Origin: Octopus vulgaris
Taxonomy: Eukaryota
Assembly (NCBI GenBank): GCA_951406725.2
Contig: OX597816.1
Location: 103,726,001 to 103,790,000, forward strand
DNA: 64,000 nt
Direction of reading: 5' to 3'
Part shown: positions 41,646 through 56,040 of the stretch, piece by piece
Layout of the letters: each line of letters opens with the position of its first letter
Numbering within the stretch: the stretch's first letter is position 1
Position numbers and translations under genes: made by a program
The notes under the pieces: generated by a model
What the model saw: the letters and a program-made list of their open reading frames with translations, nothing else
Databases searched by the model: none
What the model was told of the DNA's origin: nothing

Positions 41646-42683
41646 TAGATAAAGATAGCCATGGCCTGTCTATGGGGTTACCCTGAGTTTCACATCCACC
41701 AAGCACTTAGCTTTATGGTTTGTCTTCAAACCCTATATGTGTGTGTGTGTACACATGCACATTCACATACACACACACATATACACTTAGGGTGTTGTAC
41801 TCATGATCACAGGATTGTGGTTTTGATCTTCCAGCTGGGCAGTGCACTATGTTCTCGAGTAAGACACTTCATCCCTTATTGGTCTGCAATCATTTTGGTA
41901 TTGGATGTGTGCCAGTTTCAATTTAGACCTGAACCAATAGGGTTTGGTTTAGAACCTGAAACTATAGAGTTTGAAGACTCATACGATTTTGCTAATTCAA
42001 AACATGACAAGATAATAAAGAGGGCCCCAAAACTTAAAAGGGCCTTGAAAACTTAATAAACGCCTTGAAAGATTCTGAGGGACTTAGTTAAATTTAATGG
42101 CTTCTTAGGCCAAAAAGGGCCTAATTAAATCAAAAGTAGGCTCAATAATTTTTAAATAACTCTACTGGGTTAAAAAGTTTGAACTTTATCTCCCACTCTC
42201 TTTTTGAACTCTCACAAACTTAGTTGCCCAATCCTCTGTACCATTTCACTTGTATTCACCTCCTTGCACCTTGAGGCTATTATGCCCCAACACATCTTCA
42301 CCACCATTCTCTCACACCCTAATGAACCTATCAATCTATTCTTCCGGATTCTGTGTTTGTATTCTCTCTTATGCTCCCTTTCTTGCACCTCATACATTCT
42401 TACACCTTGTTACCACCATCTTTCTCTTCTGTCCAGCTACTCTTACCTACCCTTATATAATGCAAAGTAACCACATATCTCTTCTATAGCAAGACACACG
42501 TGCCTATCCCTCTATCATAATTTAGCCATAAAGTCACCTCCCTCCTCACTACAGCCCAACTTTTTTTCTCTGTCTTGCTAGTTACTTGAAACAGAGCACG
42601 CAGTACACTCTGAAAAGGTGTTGTATACTGCTTTGCCTATGTGCTTCTCTATTCTGCCTTGATTATCACCTACTGTATACCTA

Positions 42684-42909
42684 TTTCTTTACTACCCACA
42701 AGGGGCTAAACATAGAGAGGACAAACAAGGACAGACACATGGATTAAGTCGATTACATCGACCCCAGTGCGTAACTGGTACTTAATTTATCAACCCCGAA
42801 AGGATGAAAGTTAAAGTCGACCTTGGCAGAATTTAAACTCAGAACGTAACGGCAGACGAAATACGGCTACGCATTTCACCCGGCGTGCTAACGATTCTGC
42901 CAGCTCGCC
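42684..42909 (-). mobile_element. SINE family C, young full-length copy
   Basis: Reverse complement reads GGCGAGCTGGCAGAATCGTTAGCACGCCGGG...GAGTTTAAATTCTGCC...TTTGTCCTCTCTATGTTTAGCCCCTTGTGGGTAGTAAAGAAA. CpGs are retained. Confidence 0.9.
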
Positions 42910-43238
42910 ACTTAGTGTATACCATCGCTTCTCCTGCCATCTCTTTGCATTTCCCCATCATCTTTTCGGCTGACTGTACCATTCATCCATAACTGAAATG
43001 AAAGTTCTCAATTTGCACGTATTGAATATCATGCCTCCAACGCCTATATCAGGCTACCCTTCCTTCCTCTATTTTCTTGATTAATGAAGCTTGACCAGAA
43101 TATGAGTTTACTCTGGCAACCCTTACCTAACCTTCTTGATCCTTCTGTTATACTCTCTTGAACATGTTACCTTAGAGATATGTTCTAGCTCCTCATCATC
43201 ATCTTATCTCTCATCTAAACTCCCCTATACTTACCTAT

Positions 43239-43473
43239 ATACAGTCCTGACCAAAAGTTTTGAACATTTTTTTAAAAATTAAAATTATTATGCCCAAGTA
43301 CAATCCAATTCAAATATATACAGCGTAGAAATATACTGATCCAGTTGTTCGATATCTAGAAGAAAAAATTTCCAATATTTTGGCGAATATATTGTAAATC
43401 AAATATAACTTTGGGCATTTAATATAAAAACTCTAGTTTTCAGACCTGTGTTCCAAATTTTGGCCACAATGTT
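43239..43473. mobile_element. Tc1-like MITE
   Basis: Imperfect TIRs TACAGTCCTGACCAAAAGTTTTGAACA / TGTTCCAAATTTTGGCCACAATGT. Confidence 0.5.
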
Positions 43474-44570
43474 TAATGTGGAATAGCACTGTATCTTCTT
43501 CTCAAGTTATCCCACTGTCCTTATCACTCTTTGACTCTCATTCACTAATCTCCTGCCACTAGTTTTCTTTTTCCCTCCTTTTACATTACCACCATCTTAT
43601 TCCACCCTTATGTACCACTTTACGTAACCAAGTATAACATGGGTGCATCTGCAGCTCCACTTACCCAGCCCTCCTCAATGTTCTGTCTTTCAATTGTTGT
43701 TCCTCACTAACCTCTCTGACACTATGTTTTCAGTTTCCCTCCTATTACTCCTTTCTCTCAAATTGTCTTTGTTAGTCTCTCCTCTACCACTTAGTCTCTA
43801 CTGTAATCCTGTGTAACTCCAATATGAAATGACTCGGATCTGACAAACCATCAACTTGTGCTGGCCTGGTAAACTGACCGATCCACTCTCATCACTAGGT
43901 TTTCCTACCAATAGATAAATTGATGGATGGATGGATGGACAGACGGACTAGTCCGAGCAGATAAAGTCATTTTAAAACAAGCTTAAGAATAACGGAGCCT
44001 TAATGAATGAGAATAGAGTCATATATAGGGTAAAGATCAAGTTAATGATGCTGTCAAGTTTCATGTTTTGGTTTGTTTAGCCTATGAAACAAGTTTTGCT
44101 TGTTAGTAATTTTATTTAAGATGGAAAGCCTCATCTAAAAGACAAGTGTGTATATGATGAGATTTACATCTGTTGAAAACATTACAATGAAAGGAATTTT
44201 GATTTCATTCAAGATTGCGAAATAAATTAAAGGTAAAAGGTCAACAAATCAAGTATAAATGTCAGCAGATGGGTTGGTGAAAAAAAAAAAAAAGGTTAGA
44301 GAAGAAAGAAAGAAAAGAAATAAACATATAAAGAATAAGAATGTTAATTGGATATAGGTCAGTATTCAGTCTAGGAAAAAATGGATACTTTGGCATAATT
44401 CTGGGAGCTCATAGATGGTCTGAGTTAAGAATGCTTTTATATTAAATAATGTTAACATATCAATACAATCTATGTGAAAAATTTTTTAAACTTTCTATAT
44501 AAGTGGTGCTCTAGCCTGACCACAGCTGCATGGCTGAAACACATAAAGGAATAAATATGTGTATAAGAAT

Positions 44571-44787
44571 ACTCTTTACTTGTTTCAGTCATTTGACTGT
44601 GGCCATGCTGGAGCACCGCCTTTAGTCGAGCAAATCGACCCCAAGACTTATTCTTTTTAAGCCTAGTACTTATTCTATCAGTCTCTTTTGCCAAACTGCT
44701 AAGTTACAGGGACGTAAACACACCACCCTCGGTTGTCAAGCGATGTTTGGCGGGGACAAACATAGACACACAAACATTTACACACAC

Positions 44788-44818
<31 letters not shown>

Positions 44819-44980
44819 TATATATACGACAGGCTTCTTTTAGTTTCCATCTACCAAATCCACTCACAAGGCTTTGGTTGGCCCGAGGCTATAGTAGAAG
44901 ACACTTGCCCAAGGTGCCACACAGTGGATCTGAACCCAGAACCATGTGGTTGGTAAGCAAACTACTTACCACACAGCTAC
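44571..44980 (-). mobile_element. SINE family A
   Basis: Reverse complement of 32113-32525. Confidence 0.9.
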
Positions 44981-46810
44981 TCTGTAAAATAATTTTAAAA
45001 TTTATGCCAGTAGAAGAAAAAAAAAATTACTATAAATTCATATTCATAGGTTTTCCATAAAAATCATGTGAGTGCATGACTTATTGTTCAACGGTATTGC
45101 ACTCATGATCTGTGGTTTCAGTTCATAGACTAGGTGATATCTGTGTTCTTGAGCAAAATACTTCATTACATGTTGCTCCAGTTCACTCTGCTGGCACAGA
45201 TGAGCAACGTTGAGATGGGCTGCTATCTCATCCAGGGGATGTGGGAGGGCTCATTTTTATGTCAAGGCTCCTGCACTCATTCTCTCCATAACAACAAGCC
45301 TTTCTCCAACAACTCATCTTCCTGACACCATACTCTCTCCATTCATGTTTGTCACTCACAGAATTCCACCCTCCATCTCCCCTTCACCTTTTGCACTTTT
45401 GCAAACTTATCTGCCAATAATCTCTCCCTGACAAGTCTTTCTCTTTGACAACTCATCTTCTAAACCCTCTTGTGTTCATTCACTGCATTCCATTCCCCAC
45501 AACTTTCCACTTCTTTCTCACCCTTGCAGCTTATCTGCCCACTTACCCCATTCAATCCTGTGTACCACTTCACTTATATAAACACCCCACTATAGTTTGG
45601 GGGTATGCTCTGAGACATGATCTTCACCATCTTTCTCCTCTCTCAAATGGAGTAGCCATGTAGCTCCCCTTCAGCAAGACATCTGCTTCTGTCCCTAGAA
45701 ACCATGCCAATGCAGACTGTGCAGCTTGGTGCGGTCGTCTGGCTCACCAATTCCTGTCAAACTGCCCAATCCATGCCAGTACAGAAAGTAGACATCGCAC
45801 ACACACACACACACGTGCACGCGCATATATGTATGTACTTGGGTGAGTAGAAAAATGAAAGAAAGAACCACTCACCACATCTAGTTGGAGTTACATATAT
45901 TATTATTTAAAACAGTTTGCGTTGGCCCCATGGGACTTAAAGTTTTCTAGGTTTCTAATAGAAGCCTGGCTCATTTCACGCACTTAACTGAATGGGGATG
46001 ATGCAGGAAGTCTATTGGTCAATGCAGGTCAAAAATGTTGTTAGAAGTGAGATCAACATTTCTGTGACACCATATGCATTAAAACGGAGAATGTCTTAGA
46101 TCATGTGGCTGAACATGAAACTGGTAGCACTTTTGTGTGTGACTTGTCCTTGTAGGGACCTGCGGATGAGGGTGTGTGTGAGTAAGCCAGATATATGAGT
46201 GTGTAGATATGGGTGTCTGATGCCTATGCATGCATATCTGTTGTGTGTGTGTGGAGAGATGTATGTGGGTTGTGCATGTGTGTAAGCTGGCATGTAGGCA
46301 AGGGCCACAGGGCTGATCAACTGATTCCATTCTATTAAGGGAAGGTTGGCCTGTAGATTGCACAGTTTGACATAGTGAACTTCTACCCTTCTATATCAAA
46401 ACCTGTTGTCCTAAAAGCCCTAATAAATTAAGGGTATACGTATCTGTTCAAAGAGCAGACAATTGAGTTGATCAAGCAATTGAATCCTCACCATCGAAAC
46501 CCATTTGTATACACACACACATACACACACCACACACCAGGGCACACACACACATACACATGCCCCATACGCTTACATAATCTTTTTTGTCCTCTTGTTA
46601 TGTCAAATGTTTTTTCTTTCTTGGATTAAAATGATAGTATATTAAAACTAATTACTCTGCCAGTCATTTCTGACTTCCTTCTCACTCCTTCTCCTACCAA
46701 ATAACCAACCAATCAAACCTCCCTTATTAACCCTTCATCTTCCTATGCTCAATCCCTGATCTCCTATAGTTTGTAGTAAGAGTTGATATTATAGCAGCAG
46801 TTGTTAATGT

Positions 46811-47098
46811 GGTGAGCTGGCAGAATCTTTAGCATGCCAGACAAAATCTTAGCAGCATTTTGTCCATCCTTACATTCTGAGTTCAACTTCTGCTAAGGTT
46901 GACGTTGTTGTTCATCCTTTTAGGGTTCATAATATAGGTACTAATTGAACACTGGGGTTAATGGAATCAATTTATTCCCTCCTCTGAAATTGCTTTCAGG
47001 GTTCATAAAATAGGTACTAATTGAACACTGGGGTTAATGGAATCAATTTATTCCCTCCTCTGAAATTGCTGACCTTGTACCAAAATTTGAAACCATTA
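46811..47098 (+). mobile_element. SINE family C with an internal 76-bp tandem duplication
   Basis: Head GGTGAGCTGGCAGAATC. The block AGGGTTCAT...GAAATTGCT occurs at 46922 and again at 46998. Confidence 0.8.
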
Positions 47099-47150
47099 TA
47101 GTAGCAGTTGTTGCCATTGTAGTTATTTAAGTTGTACCTGTTGTTATACA

Positions 47151-47473
47151 GGCACATGGCTTAGTGGTTAGGGTATTCTGCTTACGATCATAAGGCCGTG
47201 AGTTCAATTCCCAGTGGTGCGTTGTGACCCTGAGCAAGACACATTATTTCACTTTGCTCCAGTCCACTCAGCTGGCAAAAATGAGAAGTACCTGTATTTC
47301 AAAGGGCCAGCCTTGTCACATTCTGTGTCATGCTGAATCTCCCTGAGAACTACATTAAGGGTACACGTGCCTGTGGAGTGCACAGCACCTTGTATGTTAA
47401 TTTCATGAGCAAGCTGTTTCATTGATCGTATCTGCTGGGACCCTTGTCATCATAACTGACAGAGTTCTCCTTT
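47151..47473 (+). mobile_element. tRNA-derived SINE family B
   Basis: A box TGGCTTAGTGG and B box GAGTTCAATTCC. Matches 51366-51668 in reverse. Degenerate TSD TACCTGTTGTTATA / TACCTGTCATCATA. Confidence 0.85.
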
Positions 47474-48842
47474 TACCTGTCATCATAGATACTGTAGTAA
47501 GTACGTTACAGTTGATACTGTTGTTGCTATAATTGTAATTATTTAACCTCAGATCAGTGTTTATCAAACAGATCTGTGATCAAAGACATTCTAGCCATGA
47601 CTACCTGATATTTATCCTATGAGTAAGGAACTCAGGACCTCATTATCCAAAGTTTCCTTTCCTAGGACAGTGAGGTGAGATTTAAGGGAAATTTGACTGT
47701 TATTTTCAGCTGATTGAGGGATTTTTGTGCTCTTTACCTGTTTTGTTTTTTTTTTGTTTTTTATTTGGTATAATTTTAGTAGTAGTAGTAGTAGTTGCAG
47801 ATTTTTGTTGATCTAATTCTCGTTGTTGCTGCTGTTGCTACTGATACTGATGCTCTCTTTTTATTTCTAATGTAACCATTAATGTTGCAACTGCTACTAC
47901 TGTCACTGTATAAATCAGCACTTCATCTCTTAAAAAAAAAAATAGAATATTGACAAGTAGGATAAAGAGGAGAAGGGGATAGAAAGAGATTTGTCAATTT
48001 CCTCTGAGAAAGTAGGTTTCTTCAGAAAGTGTGTCTCAGTTGAAATTGGGTGATCACTAGCAAACCAGTGTTCAGTGCTAAATAGTTCAGTGTTTCAGAT
48101 ACTTGTCAGCTGCAATGACAACATTGCTTCAATAACAGTTCAAGCTCTGGAGATTGACAAGCACTCTTGGATGATTTGTATATTTAGGAGCACACGTGAA
48201 CCTGCAGATATCAAGCGCACATCATGCGTGCAAATTATGTGTGTATGTATGTGTGTGTGTGTGTGTGTATGCACATGCGTTTCTATGTGCATGCACATAT
48301 GCATGTATCTTTATATAGATACATGCATATATGTATGTATCAATATATGCATGCTTCTATATATGTATTTTGTGTGTATGCATATATGTATATCTGTGTG
48401 TAATGAAATAGTTGATGAAAGGTAATGACAGTGAAAAACATCTGCTGTCTTTTATTTCATTAAGAAAATTAGGTTGATCATGACAGATGAAAACAAAAGA
48501 TTTCAGCATATAGCACAAACTGAAAACAGCAAGAGCTCTATGGAAATTTCCATTGTCACAACTATGTGGCAGAGTTCATATTTACACAAAAGTTCATTAA
48601 AACATTAATATGAATAGGGAATATATCAAATGATATCAAAAGATTTCTATCTTGTGTGAGTCTGTGGGAATATGTACATGTGTATGTGAGAGTGTGTTCT
48701 TTTTTGCCTCCAGCTGACAACATGTTATTAGAGTGACATCAGGTTTCTCATACTGTATTGTAAAAAGAGTATATGAGTGAATGTCTTTTTCAATTGTACA
48801 GTTTGGTATAGTGCTGTGCTACACTGTAACAATCTCTATTAA

Positions 48843-49062
48843 CCCTCTAGTATTTAAACCGGCCATATCTGGTCAAAATAATCAAGCTGTTTTATCTTCA
48901 AACTGACCAGATCCAACCTCTCACACTTACCCTACAATATTATTCTAAAAATAAGCAATCACATGATTGACATCTTGAAGCTACAAGATAAAGCATGATT
49001 AATTCAAAACAATGTGAATAAATAAGCATTACATTCAACAGAGAGAGCTGAATGCTAAAGGG
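48843..49062. mobile_element. piggyBac-like MITE
   Basis: TTAA|CCCTCTAGTATTTA ... TGAATGCTAAAGGG|TTTAA. Confidence 0.65.
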
Positions 49063-49680
49063 TTTAATGTGTGAATATGCAGCATTTTATACTAAAGGGT
49101 TAGCTCAAGACTGCATGTATGCAAAAGATAACTACCAAATAGTAGTGATTTGGCTCATCAAAAAGAACAGACTTTGCTCTGTCCATGTGAAAGAGGTACA
49201 AGGAAATTTGATGTGAGATTCAGTCAAAAGGTTGATGAATGATGTGGAAAATTTTGTACTAAATCTGTCAAGCTAGACTTCAAATTTTATAGCTATTGTG
49301 ACTATTATGGATTGGAGAAATTAAGTAAAAGATACATATCATGAAAGGCATTGATAAAAGAAACTGTGTTATTGCATATGTACATGTATGCATGCATGTG
49401 TCTATATTTGTTTGCCTGCATATACATGTATAACTACATGCACACAGAAATTTCTGTTATATCCCATGTTGTGAAGAATAGAATCATTAGTTACAAGTTT
49501 CCAAAAGTCCATTTTCTCATGTGGCTATGAAGGAAGCAACTATAATAGTGTAAATTATATTTGAACTGGAAACAGCTATGCCATTATAGGCTATAACAGA
49601 AAACAGTTGACCAAAGTACAAATGCCTCTGATATGAACCTAGAATCACATTGTTGTGAAGCATTCTTTCTAATCAGACTT

Positions 49681-49844
49681 ACACACACACACGCAAGCAT
49701 GCATGCACACACGCAAGCATGCATGCACACACGCAAGCATGCATGCACACACGCAAGCATGCATGCACACACGCAAGCATGCATGCACACACGCAAGCAT
49801 GCATGCACACACGCAAGCATGCATGCACACACGCACACACGCAT

Positions 49845-49897
<53 letters not shown>
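49681..49897. repeat. 18-bp minisatellite (ACACGCAAGCATGCATGC, ~8 units) running into (CA)n
   Basis: Directly visible. Confidence 0.95.
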
Positions 49898-49956
49898 GTT
49901 GTGCATACAGTATTTCAAAAATCCCTTTAACATATCCAAACCATGTGATGTCATCC

Positions 49957-50451
49957 ATTATTTACAGTATTTACAATTGATGGATATTTGTCCTCATCTT
50001 TTTTGTTGTTAACACAACATTTCAGCTGATATACCCTCCAGCCTTCATCAGGTGTCTTGGGGAAATTTCGAACCTGGGTTCTCATTTCTAAGGTGTTTTT
50101 CGATGTTATAATAATAATAATAATAATCATAATCATAATAATAATAATAATAATTATTATTATTATTCAGGTCACTGCCTGGAATTGAACTCAGAATCTT
50201 AGGGTTAGTAGCCCGCACTTTTAGCCACTACACTATATGCCCATTGGCAGTTTGAAGATAAATAACAACATTGAAAAACACTTTAGGAATGAGAACCCAG
50301 GTTCGAAATTTCCCCAAGACACCTGATTAAGGCTGGAGGGTATATCGGCTGAAACGTTGTGTTAACAACAAACAAGATGAGGACAAATATCTGTCATTTG
50401 TAAATAATGTAAATAATGTACATAATTCCTCATCTCTTAAATATAGAACTG
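49957..50451. mobile_element. ORF-less inverted pair of pseudo-LTRs from the Penelope family at 10747-11880
   Basis: 49957-50245 (-) and 50260-50451 (+) match that pLTR, and each carries a hammerhead motif. TSD-like ATGTGATGTCAT (49943-49954) / ATGTGATTTCAT (50453-50464). Confidence 0.88.
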
Positions 50452-51365
50452 TATGTGATTTCATGTTTAGTCCCTCAGTCCTTTTGTACTGCACCTTGGA
50501 CAGTGTCTTAATTAGAGCCCCAGTAGACTCAAACTGAGAGAAGCCAGTTGTGTACTGTAAGCAATAAGTATCAGAACAATGATATGTATATTCTTAATAT
50601 TTTCCAGCAAATTGAAACCTAAATGTACTAACTGTTGTATATCATCAGTGGAGAATATCCTTTCCTTTAAGACAAACATGTGTTCATAACATACTCAATT
50701 CATTAGGAAAAGAGGCCATTTGGGACACCAGATGGTTCAACCTTGTTGAGTCTCATCAGCTAAAGCTACTTCAGACTAATAAATCTAACAAGAGTTTTTG
50801 GCTCTTGTTCTGATTCTTGCTGTTTACCATGCACATGGCAAAATTATTATCAGCTGTCAAATATAAGCATAGACCAGCGAATGATTTGTCTGCTGAACTG
50901 ATAAACAAAGCCAAAAACTCTATGTTTGACTTTTTAGTCTGGGATAGCTTTGGCTGAGGAGACACAACAAGATCAAAACACCAAATGTCCCAAAGACCCC
51001 ATATGAATCAGGTATGTTATAAATGTGCACTCATTTTACAGAAGTTGTTCTCCAACAAAATCCAACAGTAGTTAGCATATCCATGTTTGAATCTGTTGGA
51101 ACATATTAAGAATGAATATGTGATTGTTTTTCAAGATTTGTTGTTCCTCTTTTAGTACCAGATAAATACCTCGTCATTCAAAATGAAAATTCTACTCTGT
51201 CAAGTAACAGTCATCTTTTGACAACACTGGGAGATAAAATGGTAGGAATAGGCAGCAGAAAGCCTGAGTAAAAGTGAGAGTCTGAGTTAAGAGTGAGAAA
51301 GTAAGCATTGTAATTATCATACCCCTGAAAGAGCAGATAACATAAATACCCGGCACTCCATTGGT

Positions 51366-51668
51366 TATGATGATGATGATTCCAGTTGATCTGATCAACA
51401 GAACAGCCTGCTTATGAAATTAATGTGCAAGTGGCTGAGCACTCCACAGACATGAGTACCCTTAATGTTGTGCTCAGGGAGATTCAGTGTGACACAGAAT
51501 GTGTCAAGGCTGGTCCTTTGAATTACAGGTACTACTCATTTTTGCCAGCTGAATGGACTAGAGTAACATGGAATAAAGTGTCTTGCTCAAGGATACAATG
51601 TGCCACCAGGAATTGAACTCATGACCTTCAGATCATGAGCCAAATATCCTAACCACTAAGCCACGTGC
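51366..51668 (-). mobile_element. SINE family B
   Basis: Reverse-complement match to 47151-47445, with an (ATC)n tail. Confidence 0.85.
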
Positions 51669-53899
51669 TAGAATATTACTCGTATGAATTTTTTCAAATG
51701 AGTGTTTGATATGTCAACAATACTGCAGAAGGAAAAAATATAACACAAAGTCTAGTTGGCTAAATATTTGATATTTTTCTGGACCAACAAATTAAAGAAT
51801 CACAGAAGTGATGAGTTAAATAAGGAGTTTATATAAGGAAAATATAATGCAAAAGAAAGCTTTGTAAATATTTGTAAATTTTTTTATCTTATGCTGCATT
51901 ATCATATTATGATGATGTCATTGTAATTAATAGTTAGATAATATTATTTTTACTGATCACATATTTATTGCAAAGACGAAATTTGTTTTATTTATTTGAA
52001 TTTTATAAACCTTATCATTTTCAAAATTAGAGATGAATTTCATTATTTGTACAGTTTCCATGAAATTTGATACAAGTAAAATTATAATTACTAACTTTAC
52101 TTGATATTACTGAGTCATATAAGCATATACCTATGTTAAAGCGTTGCCATATGATGAGTTAACACTCAAGAAATGATATTGCTTGTTGGTTGCTTGGTAA
52201 TGCTAAAAATGTCACATTATATCCAGTATCAATAAATAAACAGTATTATTTATTTAGTTTAATCTATTTTAATTTATAAATATATTTATCTTTTGAAAAC
52301 TAGTTTTCATTTCCTTAATTTGACTGTGCACAGTTTCAAATCATAATTATTGTAATCACCTCATTTTACACAAAAGTATATTCCCTTCATTACCCATCAT
52401 GACAGATATATATACCATTGTTGTTGACCTGTTGTCATCCACTGTGACAGTGGCGATGGTGTCATCATTACCATCATCTCACATTTGCATCCACTTTTTC
52501 ATACTTGCAAGGGCTAGATGGAATTTGTTAAGGCAACTTTTCTATTACGAAACCCCCGTCCTGTTGCCATCTCTAACTTGTTTCCAAGCAAGGTAATGTT
52601 TCCCCATGATTAGACGTGCTTACTCAGAAGACAAGAAATGAATGACACCACTTGCATGACAGTAACACTCTTTTACATTTGTTATTTATTATTATTTCTT
52701 AAAATCATGGTTGAGGCCCTGGTCTCAGGACCACTCATGAGGTTGGGGGTAAGCAAGGGTATGCTCCCCATAGAAAATCCAGCTCCATAAAAGCCTCATG
52801 ATAGCAAAGGAGAATGGGCACCAGCCAGCCCAAAGGTTGGAGTGGGCTGCACCTGCCTATCTCAGTTGCTATGGCATTGAGATAGATCTGGCCACCTGCC
52901 GTTAATGGGGACAATACCCAGATTTAAAATACTGAATGATAATGATGATGTTGTGATATCAAGATAAGGAAGCACACAAACAAACACATGCACACACATG
53001 AGCTTCTTTCAGTTTCTGTTGACTAAATCCACTTTGTCAGTGCAGGACTACAGTAAAAAAAACACTTACACAAGGAGCCATGCAGTTGGACTCAGCACAG
53101 AAGCACATGGTTGTGAAGCAAAGTTCTTAACTATACAGCCACAGTTACATATAAACAGTATTGAAAATTGGTTTTGTGAATTAGGTATATGATAAGGCTA
53201 CATACAGGGCTTGCACATGGGATTAGAGATGATCCATGAGGAATGAACAAAGTTTAATTTTGGTCTTTAAATTTAGCATTAAATATGCATGGTCATATTA
53301 TATGAAGTTAATAATCATAACAGATTATAGTTCTGGTGAAGATGCAGGCTAAATAATTCTCTATATTATATATAAGCAACATTACAAGCAGGTTCAAAAC
53401 TTCACAAATTATAATCACAAAGATCTACAATTACTGCTCTCAATGACGAGTGGGCAAAATCATAACAATTGGTTTGCTGAGACATTGAAGTTATAACCAT
53501 TTCTGAATTAAAAAGTTCTGAATTTAGTGCTAAAATATTGGCACCTCTTCAAAAATATTGGTGCTATTGGACAAAAGTGTACCAAATTAATTACAAAACA
53601 CTTTCATTGTCAAATACTTGCAATCTTTGAATTCTTTCTTTATAGAACTTGTTTACCCTTTTTGAATATAAATATATGTACTGAAGTGTCAATTGTTTAT
53701 GTCCACTTTATAGCAATGAATCTATTTGAAATTAAATTGTAAAATAATCTATACAGAATTGCAAATCAATGGCTATAGAACAAATTAGTTTTATGTTTCA
53801 AAAAGAAATGAGAATTATATTTTTACTTTAAGAACAGCAAATCTGTCATATAAATACACAATTACAGGACATATAATCACATTTAGTAACAACAACAAT

Positions 53900-54400
53900 A
53901 ATCATCATCTTTATTGTTTAACGTCCATTTTCATGAGTTGGATAATTTGACTGAGGTCTGGAGAGCCAGCAGCTGCACCAGGCTCCAAACTGATCTGACA
54001 ATGTTTTTACAGCTGGATGCCCTTCTTAATGCCAACCACTCCGAGAGTGTTGTGGGTGCTTTTTACATGCCACCAGCACAGGAGCCAGTCAGGCAGGCCT
54101 GGCATTGAACATGTTTGGATAGTGCCTTTTACATGCGACCAGCACAGGGGCCAGTCAGGGGGTACTAGAATCGGCCACATTTGGATGGTACTTTTTACGT
54201 GCCAATGCATGAGAGCCAGTCAAGGAGTACTGGCGTCAGCCATACATGCCACGGGCACCGTAGCCAGTCAAGTGGACCTAGCATCGACTGTTCAGAGGAT
54301 GCTTTTTACATGCTACCAGCATGGGAGCTAATCAGGGGGCCTGGCCACAGCTATGATATTGGTTTTTACTTGACTCAATAGTTCTTCTCTAGCATATCAA
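53900..54400 (-). mobile_element. RTE 3'-UTR fragment with ~5 units of the 65-bp repeat
   Basis: Collinear with 12300-12670 and with the terminal part of 59306-59480. Confidence 0.85.
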
Positions 54401-54650
54401 ATCGCCTGACACATCAGAGGTAACATAGGAAGGAGAGATGTTATTTAGCACCTGTAAAGGTTTCTGTGATTGTTTTGTAACAGGCATCATAATAGTTGTT
54501 CTTGCTTTTAACCTGCTGTCATTCAGACATGTTAAAATTGTTAAGGTTGTTGCCTCTACTGGGGGGGGGGGAAGCATTGTATATGAAAGTGTTTGGGGCA
54601 TTGTAAATATAAGCATTATGAGCACCTTAGTGCTCAACAGGCTTGCTGCC

Positions 54651-54692
<42 letters not shown>

Positions 54693-55479
54693 TATTCATT
54701 ATGCTCACTTGTTTCATTGCACCATCTCCATTGAAATTGTCTCAAGTCATTATCAAATAATTCTTCTTATGTACCATCTGTCCACCTTCACTTTGCCATG
54801 AAATGAAAAGGACTCAGTACATTGTGTTGGTGCTGGAAGATTTACAAGGTTGATAAAATTCTTATTTTAGTCATTATTGTGATAATAACTATATGCATGT
54901 TTATAAATAAAAGAAATTATTCAGGAATGATGAAACTATTTAAGGAAGAAATGTTTTCCAATAATGAAAGCATTACATTATTTGATGTTTTAATTTCCAT
55001 TATCACTGATATTTTAATTAAATTTGATTTTTATAATAATAAAATATTGAGAAGCATAACTATCTATATTTCTCTTCATTTAATTCTGAATTTACCCATA
55101 TTTTATTATTACTTATTACAGAAATATTTTGTTGAAAACTGGCAATAGTCTTTGCCAGTAGAATTCTTAATATATAAAACTCAGAAGAAAGGGCAGCCTT
55201 GAGGAATGTAGGACATAATGCTTCATCTATTTTGTTGTTTCAGTGAAAATGAGATGATGAGGGAAATAAAACTGAAGTCGAAGGTTTAGCCTTGTTGCGA
55301 TATGTGTTTCCGGTATACTGGGGATAACATAAATGAAATCTCTACCAGATTCTTGATAAGGCAGTAATGAGCAACACACATGGAAAGAGGATAAAATACA
55401 TAAAATAGGCAACTGATCACATTGCAGCTTTATACCCAAGTGTGTTTACAACTCGTTAATGGTGTCCCCTATAGCTGCT

Positions 55480-55696
55480 ACTCTTTTACTTGTTTACTTG
55501 TTTCAGTCATTTTGACTGTGGCCATGCTGGAGCACCGCCTTTAGTCGAGCAAATTGACCCCAGGACTTATTCTTTGTAAGCCTAATACTTATTCTATTGG
55601 TCTCTTTTGCTGAACCACTAAGTTACGGGGACATAAACACACCAGCATCGGTTGTCAAGCGATGTTGTGGGGACAAACACAGACACACATACTTAT

Positions 55697-55737
<41 letters not shown>

Positions 55738-55940
55738 CATATATTCGTCGGGCTTCTTTAAGTTTCGGTCTGCCAAATCCACTCACAAGGCTTTGGTCGG
55801 CCCGAGGCTATAGTAGAAGACACTTGCCCAAGGTGCAATGCAGTGGGACTGAACCCGGAACCATGTGGTTCGTAAGCAAGCTACTTACCACAGGGCCACT
55901 CCTATGCCTGCACTTTCCACACAGCCACTCCTACGCCTAC
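55480..55940 (-). mobile_element. SINE family A, full length with a duplicated 5' head, fused to U6
   Basis: Reverse complement of 32113-32525. CCACA(C/G)(A/G)GCCACTCCTA(C/T)GCCT occurs twice in 55888-55938. Confidence 0.92.
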
Positions 55941-55941
55941 T

Positions 55942-56040
55942 AAAAATATGGAATGCTGCACGAATTTGTATCATCCTTGCGCAGGGGCCATGCTAATCTT
56001 TTCTGTATCATTCCAATTTTAGAATATGTACTCCCATAGC
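55942..56040 (-). pseudogene. U6: U6 snRNA retrocopy
   Basis: Reverse complement reads GCTATGGGAGTACATATTCTAAAATTGGAATGATACAGAAAAGATTAGCATGGCCCCTGCGCAAGGATGA..CAAATTCGTGCAGCATTCCATATTTTT. The ACAGAGA box is mutated. Confidence 0.95.

Noticed and set aside
48075-48425. Candidate downstream RGS exon or independent gene
   Set aside because: No similarity to the expected next DEP-domain segment, and the second half is microsatellite.
39295-56040. Functional U6 genes
   Set aside because: One copy has a mutated AGC triad and the other a mutated ACAGAGA box. Their 5' ends are incomplete and both are fused to SINEs.
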